This document shows positions 1 through 6,122 of a DNA stretch of 13,480 bases, in pieces. Source of the DNA: a virus (Duplodnaviria > Heunggongvirae > Uroviricota > Caudoviricetes); the IMG/VR virus record IMGVR_UViG_2740892234_000009, positions 1 to 13,480 of that record; one strand, written 5' to 3'. Position 1 is the stretch's first letter. Each line of letters begins with the position of its first letter. The notes below the pieces were generated by a model, which was given only the letters and a program-made list of their open reading frames with translations, was not told the DNA's origin and searched no databases. A program made the position numbers and the translations under genes.

Positions 1-1914
1 TTCAAGGTCGATCATCAGATGAATCCCCGCTCTGCTGGTGGATGTGAGCTTATGATGACCATTCACCTTAATTAAGGGATCTGTCGCCTCGCCAGTTTTA
101 TTATCGCTGGCGTGATGCTGATTGCCGCCAGGGTTCTCCTTGTGTGGATGTTCAGCGCCTTCCATTTCCTCCGGATCATTTTCCTGAACTTCAACCTGAT
201 TCTCTTCATCGAATGTTTCCTGGTATGTTGCGTCGCCCATCACCGCGCCACAATCAGGGCAGTTGCCGCCACCGCTCTGACCGCAGGCGGTGCAGACTTT
301 TTCCGGTTCCTGTTGCGCTACTGGTTCGGATTGTTTCGTTTCTGGCTCGTTTTGTAACGCATTTGGGCTGTTTTGTTCCGCTTTTTGGTCGTTCCGTTCC
401 GATTCATGCTGGTTCTGGTTCACAGAATCGCGAGTCTGGATCCCCTTGACCCATTTCGGATCATTAGGGTCGCTAATCCCCTCAACAAATTCACCACGCG
501 ATACAGCAAGTAACTTATCGGCGTCAGGCTGGCTGATATTGGCTGCCTGCATAATTTTGTTTACTTCGTCAGCGGTGACTTTTACTTGGTTAGCGGAACT
601 CACTTGCGACTGAGCATCCAGCGACTGCGCGTTCTGGCCATGTTCAGTTGTATCCGGTTCCATTGTTTCAGTTGTTGCCTGTTCACCTGCCATTGCGTCA
701 GATGGTTGTGGTTTTTCTTCTTCTGTTTCACGCTCAGTAACCACCTCGCGGTTAATTTCTTCCAGGATATCTTTTTCCGGCGTATGCCGGGCAGCTGTGA
801 GAGTTTCCTTGCTGGGGTTCTCGTGATCAGTTTCCGTCAAATAGGCGTTGATATACCCCTGAAGGCGTCCCGGGTAGTGATAAAATTCAGGGTGTGCGCT
901 TCGGATAAGTGCAAAAATAGCGGCGCGGGAATAGTCCAGAATACCCGGGGTTGCACGAAGTGCTGCGGACCATTCTTTGAACGGACTTTCTTTGTTCAGG
1001 ACTACTTCTTTTGCGCGACGATAAACGCTGCCCGGAATTTCATAAATATTAAAATCCATCGGAAGTGTGGCTGCTGCAATCTCCACATCCAGTGTGTCGA
1101 GGGTGTGTACTAAATTCGGATTGCGATCGGTTTTGTTCCCACCGCCAGCATTAGCACCGGAAGCCGTGCGGGTGATGCGTGAAACACGATTTCCTTTCAT
1201 CCACTCTTTTGTCAGCAGACCCCGATCAGTGTAGTCAGTGTCCAGGTATGCTTCGAAAAAAGCAGTTATTAGTCCCAGGTCTGAATTACCAGGATTAGGG
1301 AAAACTTTGTCAGTGTCACGAACCAGTTTGTGGAGGTCGCGAATCTCCAGCGAGTCGAGCAGACTGGTTTTATGCGAAATAGCCAGGGCAGTAACAGCCG
1401 GTAGTTCTTCAGCCCGTGCAATGTGTAATGCCTGGAGTTCGTCGCGTGAAACGTGCGTTACTGATTTTTCGCTGCCGTGTTGAGCAAGCCAACGAATGGG
1501 CAGTTCCTGACCGGAGACAGGCAGAAGCATGCTCTCCTCAATCTCAGTCATGTCTTCGCCGTTGATGTTGGTATTGTCAGTGCTGGCTGGTTTGTCCTGA
1601 ACAGAGGGGGAAGGGCCGATAAATGTCATTGTGATGCCATCTTTCCCGCCTTTTTCATAGCGGTTGCAGAATTCAGTATCAAACACGCCTTCTGGCGGAA
1701 GGTCGTCAACAACGGGCAAATTGACGCGGACGGGTTTTTTAAAGTCGTCTTCATCATAATCGTTGTCATCCATTGCGGTAATGCAGCGGGAGATTGCAAC
1801 AGATAATTTTTTTGCTGTAGTCCAGTAAAAACCACCTTTAATTCCTAGGCGTTTTCTTACTTTGTCATTTTTTGCTTCGCAATATAGTGCAAATTCTTCT
1901 TTATCAGTGCTCAT
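1..1914 (-). CDS. recE: RecE (exonuclease VIII) homolog, N-terminal 638 codons; 3' part of the gene lies beyond the window start
   Basis: Minus-strand frame open from ATG at 1914 (GAGG 10 nt upstream) to position 1 with no stop. Translation contains motifs I recognise from E. coli Rac RecE ([105 protein letters not shown]). Frame spot-checked around 1498-1530. The overlapping plus-strand ORFs in the track are spurious. Confidence 0.8.
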   Translation of the reverse strand, partial: MSTDKEEFALYCEAKNDKVRKRLGIKGGFYWTTAKKLSVAISRCITAMDDNDYDEDDFKKPVRVNLPVVDDLPPEGVFDTEFCNRYEKGGKDGITMTFIGPSPSVQDKPASTDNTNINGEDMTEIEESMLLPVSGQELPIRWLAQHGSEKSVTHVSRDELQALHIARAEELPAVTALAISHKTSLLDSLEIRDLHKLVRDTDKVFPNPGNSDLGLITAFFEAYLDTDYTDRGLLTKEWMKGNRVSRITRTASGANAGGGNKTDRNPNLVHTLDTLDVEIAAATLPMDFNIYEIPGSVYRRAKEVVLNKESPFKEWSAALRATPGILDYSRAAIFALIRSAHPEFYHYPGRLQGYINAYLTETDHENPSKETLTAARHTPEKDILEEINREVVTERETEEEKPQPSDAMAGEQATTETMEPDTTEHGQNAQSLDAQSQVSSANQVKVTADEVNKIMQAANISQPDADKLLAVSRGEFVEGISDPNDPKWVKGIQTRDSVNQNQHESERNDQKAEQNSPNALQNEPETKQSEPVAQQEPEKVCTACGQSGGGNCPDCGAVMGDATYQETFDEENQVEVQENDPEEMEGAEHPHKENPGGNQHHASDNKTGEATDPLIKVNGHHKLTSTSRAGIHLMIDLE

Positions 1915-2007
1915 TATTGGTAAACCTCATCACAGATTTAAGGGTGAACAAATCTCTGCCATTGCTGACATATAAGAATGAAACTGGATATTTATTACGG
2001 TGCTGTT

Positions 2008-2199
2008 TTAAAATCCTGCCGGGATTTCGTTATTATCCTGGTGAATAACTTTATCGACCGGATAACAGTTGCCTGGAATTTTCTGTTCGGTTGCTGCTGC
2101 CATACATTCCTGCATTGTTCTGTGAACACTGACTGCAATATCAACTGGCTCTCCGGAAACAAGAAAAACCGTCAGAATAAGTGCAAATACTGGATTCAT
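2008..2199 (-). CDS. ydfD: YdfD-like small protein (63 aa) with N-terminal hydrophobic segment
   Basis: ATG at 2199 overlaps the dicB stop (ATGA); product MNPVFALILTVFLVSGEPVDIAVSVHRTMQECMAAATEQKIPGNCYPVDKVIHQDNNEIPAGF. Same size and position (immediately 3' of dicB) as ydfD in the K-12 Qin dicB operon. Assignment is from memory and synteny. Confidence 0.55.
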   Translation of the reverse strand: MNPVFALILTVFLVSGEPVDIAVSVHRTMQECMAAATEQKIPGNCYPVDKVIHQDNNEIPAGF

Positions 2200-2384
2200 T
2201 GTGCACATCCTTTTGGCATCAGACGTAAACGGGCCAGCATTGAAACAATGCATACTTTATTTAATAACTCCCGTTCGTGTTTTCTTTTGTTAATGGCATC
2301 TTCAGTAAATACAGGATTACTGATAGTGACACCAATTTCAAAACAACCTTCAGACGTATTAACGTTTGGTAATAACGTTTCCAT
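2196..2384 (-). CDS. dicB: DicB-like cell division inhibitor (62 aa)
   Basis: Internal ATG at 2384 of the 2196..2489 ORF, GAGG 8 nt upstream; product METLLPNVNTSEGCFEIGVTISNPVFTEDAINKRKHERELLNKVCIVSMLARLRLMPKGCAQ is near-identical to my recollection of E. coli DicB. Lies directly downstream of DicF, as in Qin. Confidence 0.8.
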   Translation of the reverse strand: METLLPNVNTSEGCFEIGVTISNPVFTEDAINKRKHERELLNKVCIVSMLARLRLMPKGCAQ

Positions 2385-2497
2385 TATCGCGTCCTCAACA
2401 ATGAATTTTGTGATGCGGTGCCTGGTGCCTCCAGGTGACGTTAACCAGTTAACAATTAACGCCGGATACAGAGAATCCACCCATAACACTGTTTTTG

Positions 2498-2569
2498 GTT
2501 TTAACTGTTCCGCGTGCGCTCAGCCGCATTCACCGCATCACAAAATTCACTTTAAAAAGGGCGGCAGAG
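2498..2569. repeat. Direct repeat copy 1 (72 bp) ending at the N-gap; corresponds to the 3' flank and terminal stem of DicF
   Basis: 2498-2569 equals 2610-2681 with one mismatch (c2521 vs t2633). The two copies flank the N run at 2570-2579, which suggests overlapping contig ends or a second DicF locus. Confidence 0.7.
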
Positions 2570-2579
2570 NNNNNNNNNN
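2570..2579. other. Assembly gap (10 N)
   Basis: Run of n in the sequence, flanked by a 72-bp direct repeat. Confidence 0.95.
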
Positions 2580-2665
2580 CATTCCCGTTACGCCCGTAAA
2601 AGACCGCTTGTTTTAACTGTTCCGCGTGCGCTTAGCCGCATTCACCGCATCACAAAATTCACTTT

Positions 2666-2723
2666 AAAAAGGGCGGCAGAGCAGTCACGGAGTAAAACTG
2701 ATACCGCCAAACGTCACCAGAAA
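2666..2723 (-). ncRNA. dicF: DicF small regulatory RNA (Hfq-dependent sRNA that inhibits ftsZ translation), with U-tail
   Basis: Reverse complement of 2671-2723 reads UUUCUGGUGACGUUUGGCGGUAUCAGUUUUACUCCGUGACUGCUCUGCCGCCC, followed by a U-run (A-run 2666-2670 on plus). This matches the DicF sequence as I remember it and sits upstream of dicB in the same orientation. Confidence 0.8.
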
Positions 2724-2904
2724 ATTGATAACAGAGGGCGTTGCAGCGGGGTTGTCACTTAAGCGTATGGTCAACCTGACAACCCGGTGTCCTCAACGGG
2801 GAAGGAATAACCCCGCCATACTTACCGCTGCGCCATTTCGCGGAGTGCCACAACCGGAAGCGCACGATCGAATTAAATTTAACGACGACCTATACAGAGA
2901 GACT

Positions 2905-3022
2905 AACTTCGCCGGGCGCTTTCGTGTTATGCCCTGACTTTTCAGGGATATATCCTTTTCAGTAAACTGTCAGTGCCGGATTCTTATCCGTGTCCGGCGC
3001 ACGCACTCTACCTCACCTGTGA
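2905..3022. promoter_or_regulatory. Conserved ~118-bp element, copy A: palindrome/hairpin CCCTGA-cttt-TCAGGG (2932-2947), hairpin GCCGGA-N12-TCCGGC (2975-2998), candidate sigma70 promoter on plus strand (-35 TTTTCA 2939-2944, 18-bp spacer, -10 TAAACT 2963-2968)
   Basis: Aligns over its whole length with 5040-5156 (about 85-90% identity by eye). The first palindrome carries a compensatory change relative to copy B. Lies between the Y stop codon (3028) and the DicF precursor region. Confidence 0.4.
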
Positions 3023-3027
3023 ATAAA

Positions 3028-3402
3028 TTAATGATTAATTGATATTTTGTTGTTTGATTCAACTTTCCCATCGGATGTGTGATGCTTTAAATCACAGGAA
3101 TTAATACTGCTCGCTGTAAAATGATTTTCAAGGGGAGCTATTCGAATCCCTTTCTTTTTCATTAACAAGCCAAATCCTTTATTAATGATGTCCATTAATT
3201 CCAGGAAGTATTTTTCATGTAAATCCTGGTTATCAGAGAGCTGCTTCTCTTCGTACAGACCGATAAAGGCACGACGCACGTTACCGGATATAGTATCGAT
3301 GGTTTCTTTTTCTACGGTACTCAGGTCAAGAGTCGCCAGTTGAGAGCGAACCACATTCGATGCCATTTCCTGGAATGGTACTGGTAAATCTTTAAATTCC
3401 AT
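3028..3402 (-). CDS. Hypothetical protein Y (124 aa): N-terminal ~50 aa conserved with the 5402..5809 product, unrelated AT-rich C-terminal part
   Basis: ATG at 3402 (MEFKDLPVPFQEMASNVVRSQLATLDLSTVEKETID...), GAGG 6 nt upstream, 11 nt after the stop of the upstream gene. The 5' ~150 bp are conserved at DNA level with 5650-5809; the rest is unrelated. The track ORF starts 4 codons earlier at 3414. Confidence 0.6.
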   Translation of the reverse strand: MEFKDLPVPFQEMASNVVRSQLATLDLSTVEKETIDTISGNVRRAFIGLYEEKQLSDNQDLHEKYFLELMDIINKGFGLLMKKKGIRIAPLENHFTASSINSCDLKHHTSDGKVESNNKISINH

Positions 3403-3413
3403 CGTCAACCTCA

Positions 3414-3566
3414 TCAGTCAGTGTTTCTGGTTAACCAGCGACGCGCGCCAGCTTCAGTTTTAAACGTTTTGCTTCTGGTATACGTCATCGCGGTAAACGT
3501 GCCGTCCTGGTTGGGAAACACGCCGTACACCAGAGATTCGTTGTTGCCAAGATCGATAGTATCCAT
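3414..3566 (-). CDS. Hypothetical small protein X (50 aa), first gene of the repressor-distal leftward operon
   Basis: ATG at 3566 (MDTIDLGNNESLVYGVFPNQDGTFTAMTYTRSKTFKTEAGARRWLTRNTD) with GAGG 5 nt upstream, directly preceded by the conserved leader element. The track ORF extends to 3653, but that part overlaps the conserved element and has no RBS. Confidence 0.45.
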   Translation of the reverse strand: MDTIDLGNNESLVYGVFPNQDGTFTAMTYTRSKTFKTEAGARRWLTRNTD

Positions 3567-3578
3567 GTTGACCTCATT

Positions 3579-3605
3579 TCCCCTTAACGCTGGGGTAGCG
3601 GAACT
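3579..3605 (-). promoter_or_regulatory. Conserved 27-nt leader element (minus sense AGTTCCGCTACCCCAGCGTTAAGGGGAA), copy 1
   Basis: Near-identical to 6495-6521; in both places it sits 13-16 nt upstream of the start codon of the first gene downstream of a repressor gene. Confidence 0.35.
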
Positions 3606-3747
3606 AAAAACCTGCTGCGCTGTTATACAAAGTGTTCCCGCCGTCATGTTCATACGCCTCGGGCTGGCTACTTACCCCCTGACCACTGCTTGGTAACTCG
3701 AAGTATTGCCCGGCGTTCTGTGGGGCGGGGTGGGTTGGTATGTTGTT

Positions 3748-3776
3748 AAGGTAACAAGGGTTACCTTTCGAGTCAA
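3748..3776 (-). promoter_or_regulatory. Candidate leftward promoter with operator: -35 TTGACT (3771-3776), 17-bp spacer, -10 TACCTT (3748-3753), overlapping palindrome GGTAAC-aagg-GTTACC (3750-3765)
   Basis: The palindrome half-sites are identical to the two palindromes in the cI-cro intergenic region (4514-4527, 4562-4575). Lies between the cI terminator and gene X. Confidence 0.4.
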
Positions 3777-3808
3777 TGCAATGTTGCAAAAGGTACATTT
3801 GAGGGCAT

Positions 3809-3832
3809 GAAAAACCCGCAATGAATGCGGGT
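3809..3832 (-). terminator. Rho-independent terminator 6 nt downstream of the cI-like stop
   Basis: Minus sense: stem ACCCGCA / TGCGGGT with 5-nt loop followed by UUUUU (plus 3814-3832 with A-run 3810-3814). Confidence 0.6.
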
Positions 3833-3838
3833 TCTGAC

Positions 3839-4555
3839 TCAGTCTAAGTATTGATGTATTTGTGAAACTTTACCTTTAATGGTGTAACCACCATTCAGTT
3901 CGATGGGTTTGTAAAGCGGATTCAGTGACAACAGATAGATGTTTGGTCCGTCAATCGCAACTTTTTTTAGTGTTACGTTTGGCGTTCCTTCCAATTGGAT
4001 TAAGATTATTTTTCCCACCAGTTCTCTAATGTTACTTGAGCATGGTGTGATCAGCACGGTAGATCCGTCGGGGATGGTTGGGAGGCCGTTAGAGTTTGTC
4101 ATCGCATCTCCCTCAACATGCAATAAAAAAGAGTTTTCAGCGGTTTTTGTCATGACATCAACCCAATTCTTAATACCAGGAATCTCGGTTACTGGACAAC
4201 TCATATCCCAATAACCAGCCTGTTCCCACGTTAAAACGGGCAACCGGGCGATGTTGTCACTAATGTAAGGGTACTGATTCAGACGCAGATCATCGGCTTT
4301 ATCGTGACCGTCCTTTCCATAAAGAATCCATTCAGGAGATTTGGAAAGCAATTTTGACAGTAGATACAAATTCTCACCGTCAGGTTTTGAAGAGCCATTT
4401 TCCCATTTTGTTACGGATACACGAGATATGCCGATTGCTTTCGCAACCTGCTGTTGGGTTAATCCAACGTCTTTTCGACGATTCCGAATACGTTCGCTGA
4501 TAGTGTTTTTCATGTAACCAATGTTACTACCAAGTGATGTTGCTATGGTTGACAT
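3839..4555 (-). CDS. CI-type phage repressor (HTH_XRE N-terminal domain plus LexA-like S24 peptidase C-terminal domain)
   Basis: 238-aa ORF. N-terminal ISERIRNRRKDVGLTQQQVAKAIGISRVSVTKWENG is a classic XRE helix-turn-helix; C-terminal part has S24/LexA-like features (HVEGDAM, GKIILIQLEG, TLKKV) as in lambda CI / P22 C2. The true start is probably the internal ATG at 4513 (MKNTISERIR...), which leaves a 91-bp divergent intergenic region holding both operator palindromes. Confidence 0.85.
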   Translation of the reverse strand: MSTIATSLGSNIGYMKNTISERIRNRRKDVGLTQQQVAKAIGISRVSVTKWENGSSKPDGENLYLLSKLLSKSPEWILYGKDGHDKADDLRLNQYPYISDNIARLPVLTWEQAGYWDMSCPVTEIPGIKNWVDVMTKTAENSFLLHVEGDAMTNSNGLPTIPDGSTVLITPCSSNIRELVGKIILIQLEGTPNVTLKKVAIDGPNIYLLSLNPLYKPIELNGGYTIKGKVSQIHQYLD

Positions 4556-4575
4556 TGTTATGTAACTATTGTTAC
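4514..4575. promoter_or_regulatory. Immunity operator region: palindromes GTAAC-caat-GTTAC (4514-4527) and GTAAC-tatt-GTTAC (4562-4575); candidate pR -35 TTGACA (4549-4554), -10 TACCCT (4573-4578)
   Basis: Two 14-bp inverted repeats with identical half-sites in the divergent cI/cro intergenic region; the same half-site palindrome recurs at 3750-3765. Confidence 0.5.
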
Positions 4576-4604
4576 CCTTCTACTCGAAATAACAGGAGAG
4601 TTTT

Positions 4605-4820
4605 ATGTTCAAAGATGATGTTCTGCGCTATTTCAAAAAAAAGCGACTAGTAGCTGAGGCTCTTGGAATTTCACATGTGGCTGTTGTGCGGTGGAAAGCA
4701 GTTATTCCCAAACTTCGCGCAATGGAACTGGATGAAATTACTAACGGTGAATTGAAATACAACCCAGAACTTTACAAGAAGCAGGATAGCACCTCAAACG
4801 AAGGAAAGAATGATTCATGA
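4605..4820 (+). CDS. Cro-like small HTH protein of the YdaS/DicC family (71 aa)
   Basis: Divergent from the repressor, AGGAG RBS at 4591-4595. Product is clearly homologous to the 7171..7398 product (FGSKTKLA.., ..VP.GRAM.L.E...GEL.Y.P..Y). Overlaps the next gene (ATGA at 4817-4820). Confidence 0.75.
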   Translation: MFKDDVLRYFKKKRLVAEALGISHVAVVRWKAVIPKLRAMELDEITNGELKYNPELYKKQDSTSNEGKNDS

Positions 4821-5029
4821 AAATCAAGCATGAACACATCCGCATGGCGATGAATGTCTGGGCGCATCCGGACGGCGAAAAAGTACCGGCTGCGAAAATT
4901 ACCAAAGCGTATTTCGAGCTGGGAATGACGTTCCCGGAACTGTATGACGACAGCCATCCGGAAGCCCTAGCCCGTAATACCCAGAAAATTTTCCGCTGGG
5001 TAGAGAAAGACACCCCTGATGCAGTTGAA
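4817..5029 (+). CDS. YdaT-like protein, N-terminal part only (truncated by the N-gap at 5030)
   Basis: Starts MKIKHEHIRMAMNVWAHPDGEK; segment NTQKIFRWVEKDTPD resembles NRVKIFERWKAIDTRD of the 7382..7933 product; same position after the cro-like gene. The track ORF reads through the Ns into unrelated sequence, which is an artefact. Confidence 0.5.
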
Positions 5030-5039
5030 NNNNNNNNNN
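5030..5039. other. Assembly gap (10 N)
   Basis: Run of n; interrupts the YdaT-like ORF and immediately precedes conserved element copy B. Confidence 0.95.
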
Positions 5040-5156
5040 AACCTCGCCGTGCGCTTTCGCGTTATGCTCTGACTTTTCAGAGAAATATCCTTTCAGTAAA
5101 CTGTCAGTGCCGGATGTTCACCCGTGTCCGGCGCACGCACTCCACTTCACCCGTGG
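5040..5156. promoter_or_regulatory. Conserved ~117-bp element, copy B: palindrome/hairpin CTCTGA-cttt-TCAGAG (5067-5082), hairpin GCCGGA-N12-TCCGGC (5109-5132), candidate promoter (-35 TTTTCA 5074-5079, 17-bp spacer, -10 TAAACT 5097-5102)
   Basis: Homologous to 2905-3022. The first palindrome differs from copy A by a symmetric pair of substitutions that preserves dyad symmetry/base pairing. Followed by a strong RBS and the ORF at 5191. Confidence 0.4.
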
Positions 5157-5190
5157 AGAACTCCTTAATTACCAACCCTCAGGAGGGTGA

Positions 5191-5424
5191 ATGTTAAAAT
5201 CAACTCTTATTGCTAAATGCCTTTATCAAAATCGCATGGTAAGCAGCATTTCAATAGGCGAGTCTGCAGTTAAAAGTATTTTCGAAGAGTACTTTCCCGG
5301 GCATGATTTTAATAAATGGAATACCAAATTACCGCCAGCAGTTTCAACGCGTATTCTGAAAGCAACCGAAAGAGCAAGTACAATTCGCGTTAACTATTTC
5401 ATTAAAGATTTGTGGGATCTTTGA
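5191..5424 (+). CDS. Hypothetical 77-aa protein, convergent with and overlapping the 3' end of the Y' gene by 23 bp
   Basis: AGGAGGG RBS at 5181-5187, ATG 5191, stop 5422-5424; AT-rich coding region; no homolog recognised. Confidence 0.4.
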   Translation: MLKSTLIAKCLYQNRMVSSISIGESAVKSIFEEYFPGHDFNKWNTKLPPAVSTRILKATERASTIRVNYFIKDLWDL

Positions 5425-5809
5425 TATCCACAGAGCCTAAAGTATGTGCATATGGATGTGCTATTATGCGCCCTCGCAGATTTGCATCATTTTCTAAATT
5501 CACTGAACGAAACAGGGCATCAACAAGGCTCTGTACAATGCAAAGGCAATCGAAGACTGTCGCCGTTTCTGTTTTGATTGATGAAAGAACATGGCCATTC
5601 ACGCAAACAGAAATTACCCGTTTATTAACATCGCTTTCCTGCTTTTGATTATCAGAACCATATAGCCCAGAAAAAGCATTGCGCACATTACGAACCATAT
5701 TATCGATGGTTTCTTTTTCTGCGGTACTAAGGTCAAGAGTAGCCAGTTGTGAACGAACTATATTCGATGCCATTTCCTGTAATGGCGTTGGTAAATCTTT
5801 AAATTCCAT
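5402..5809 (-). CDS. Hypothetical protein Y' (135 aa), paralog of Y with a different C-terminal cassette
   Basis: ATG at 5809 (MEFKDLPTPLQEMASNIVRSQLATLDLSTAEKETID...), GAGG RBS upstream. N-terminal ~50 aa about 85% identical to Y; the rest is unrelated and AT-rich. Confidence 0.6.
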   Translation of the reverse strand: MEFKDLPTPLQEMASNIVRSQLATLDLSTAEKETIDNMVRNVRNAFSGLYGSDNQKQESDVNKRVISVCVNGHVLSSIKTETATVFDCLCIVQSLVDALFRSVNLENDANLRGRIIAHPYAHTLGSVDIKDPTNL

Positions 5810-5831
5810 TATTAGCCTCGTTGGTTAGCTA

Positions 5832-6050
5832 TTAACGTGGGTATGTAATCATTCTGGCAATGCTTAATGCCGCTGCTTTTTCCAGATTGGTGATATCCTG
5901 CTCCAGAGCGGACAGATTTTCAGCCTGCTTAGCCCTGGCTTCATTGGCCCATTTCAGGTCCTGCACCGCCTTAATTTTCTGGTGCATCCACTCATAAAGT
6001 TCATCATCGGTATAGTCTGGCGCGATGATGACGGGGTCTCGTTTCTGCAT
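5832..6050 (-). CDS. Hypothetical 72-aa protein
   Basis: ATG at 6050 with AGGAG 5 nt upstream; product MQKRDPVIIAPDYTDDELYEWMHQKIKAVQDLKWANEARAKQAENLSALEQDITNLEKAAALSIARMITYPR has a helical/coiled-coil character. Confidence 0.55.
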   Translation of the reverse strand: MQKRDPVIIAPDYTDDELYEWMHQKIKAVQDLKWANEARAKQAENLSALEQDITNLEKAAALSIARMITYPR

Positions 6051-6122
6051 GTCGGCTCCTTGTGGTTAGCGTTGCCTGCTTTTTAACCACGTCAGGCGAG
6101 GTGGTATCCTCTGAGGGGTCTG

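Noticed and set aside
112-1835. Track ORFs 112..357, 144..449, 290..613, 586..1113, 1238..1483, 1477..1806 (+) and 1626..1835 (-)
   Set aside because: All lie inside the long minus-strand recE reading frame (open from 1914 to position 1); they have odd Cys/Phe-rich composition and no RBS, so they are overlap artefacts of the real gene.
1978-2937. Track ORFs 1978..2616 (+) and 2725..2937 (+)
   Set aside because: The first is antisense to ydfD/dicB and reads through the N-gap; the second lies in the structured non-coding DicF precursor region. Neither has an RBS or recognisable product.
2932-2947. Interpreting the CCCTGA-cttt-TCAGGG hairpin and the preceding CGCTTTCG as a lambda-type nut site (boxA/boxB)
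   Set aside because: The loop is not the GAAAA type, the boxA match is poor, and the two copies are in the same orientation although they would lie in oppositely transcribed operons; no N-like gene is evident. Kept only as a generic hairpin/operator.
2740-3027. Retron msr/msd or group II intron fragment as an explanation for the structured GC-rich non-coding stretch
   Set aside because: No reverse-transcriptase ORF anywhere in the window, and the region is contiguous with a bona fide DicF sequence, so a DicF precursor/leader is the simpler explanation.
3421-4214. Track ORFs 3421..3696 (+), 3604..3798 (-), 3939..4214 (+)
   Set aside because: Antisense to or overlapping gene X, the conserved leader/promoter region and the cI-like gene; no RBS; composition atypical.
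4741-5197. Track ORFs 4741..5013 (-), 4772..4957 (-) and the continuation of 4817..5197 across the Ns
   Set aside because: The minus ORFs are antisense to the cro-like/YdaT-like genes; the 4817 ORF's apparent extension past 5030 is created by reading through the N-gap into the unrelated conserved element.
5412-5648. Track ORF 5412..5648 (+)
   Set aside because: Antisense to the Y' gene, which is supported by its paralog, RBS and conserved N-terminus.
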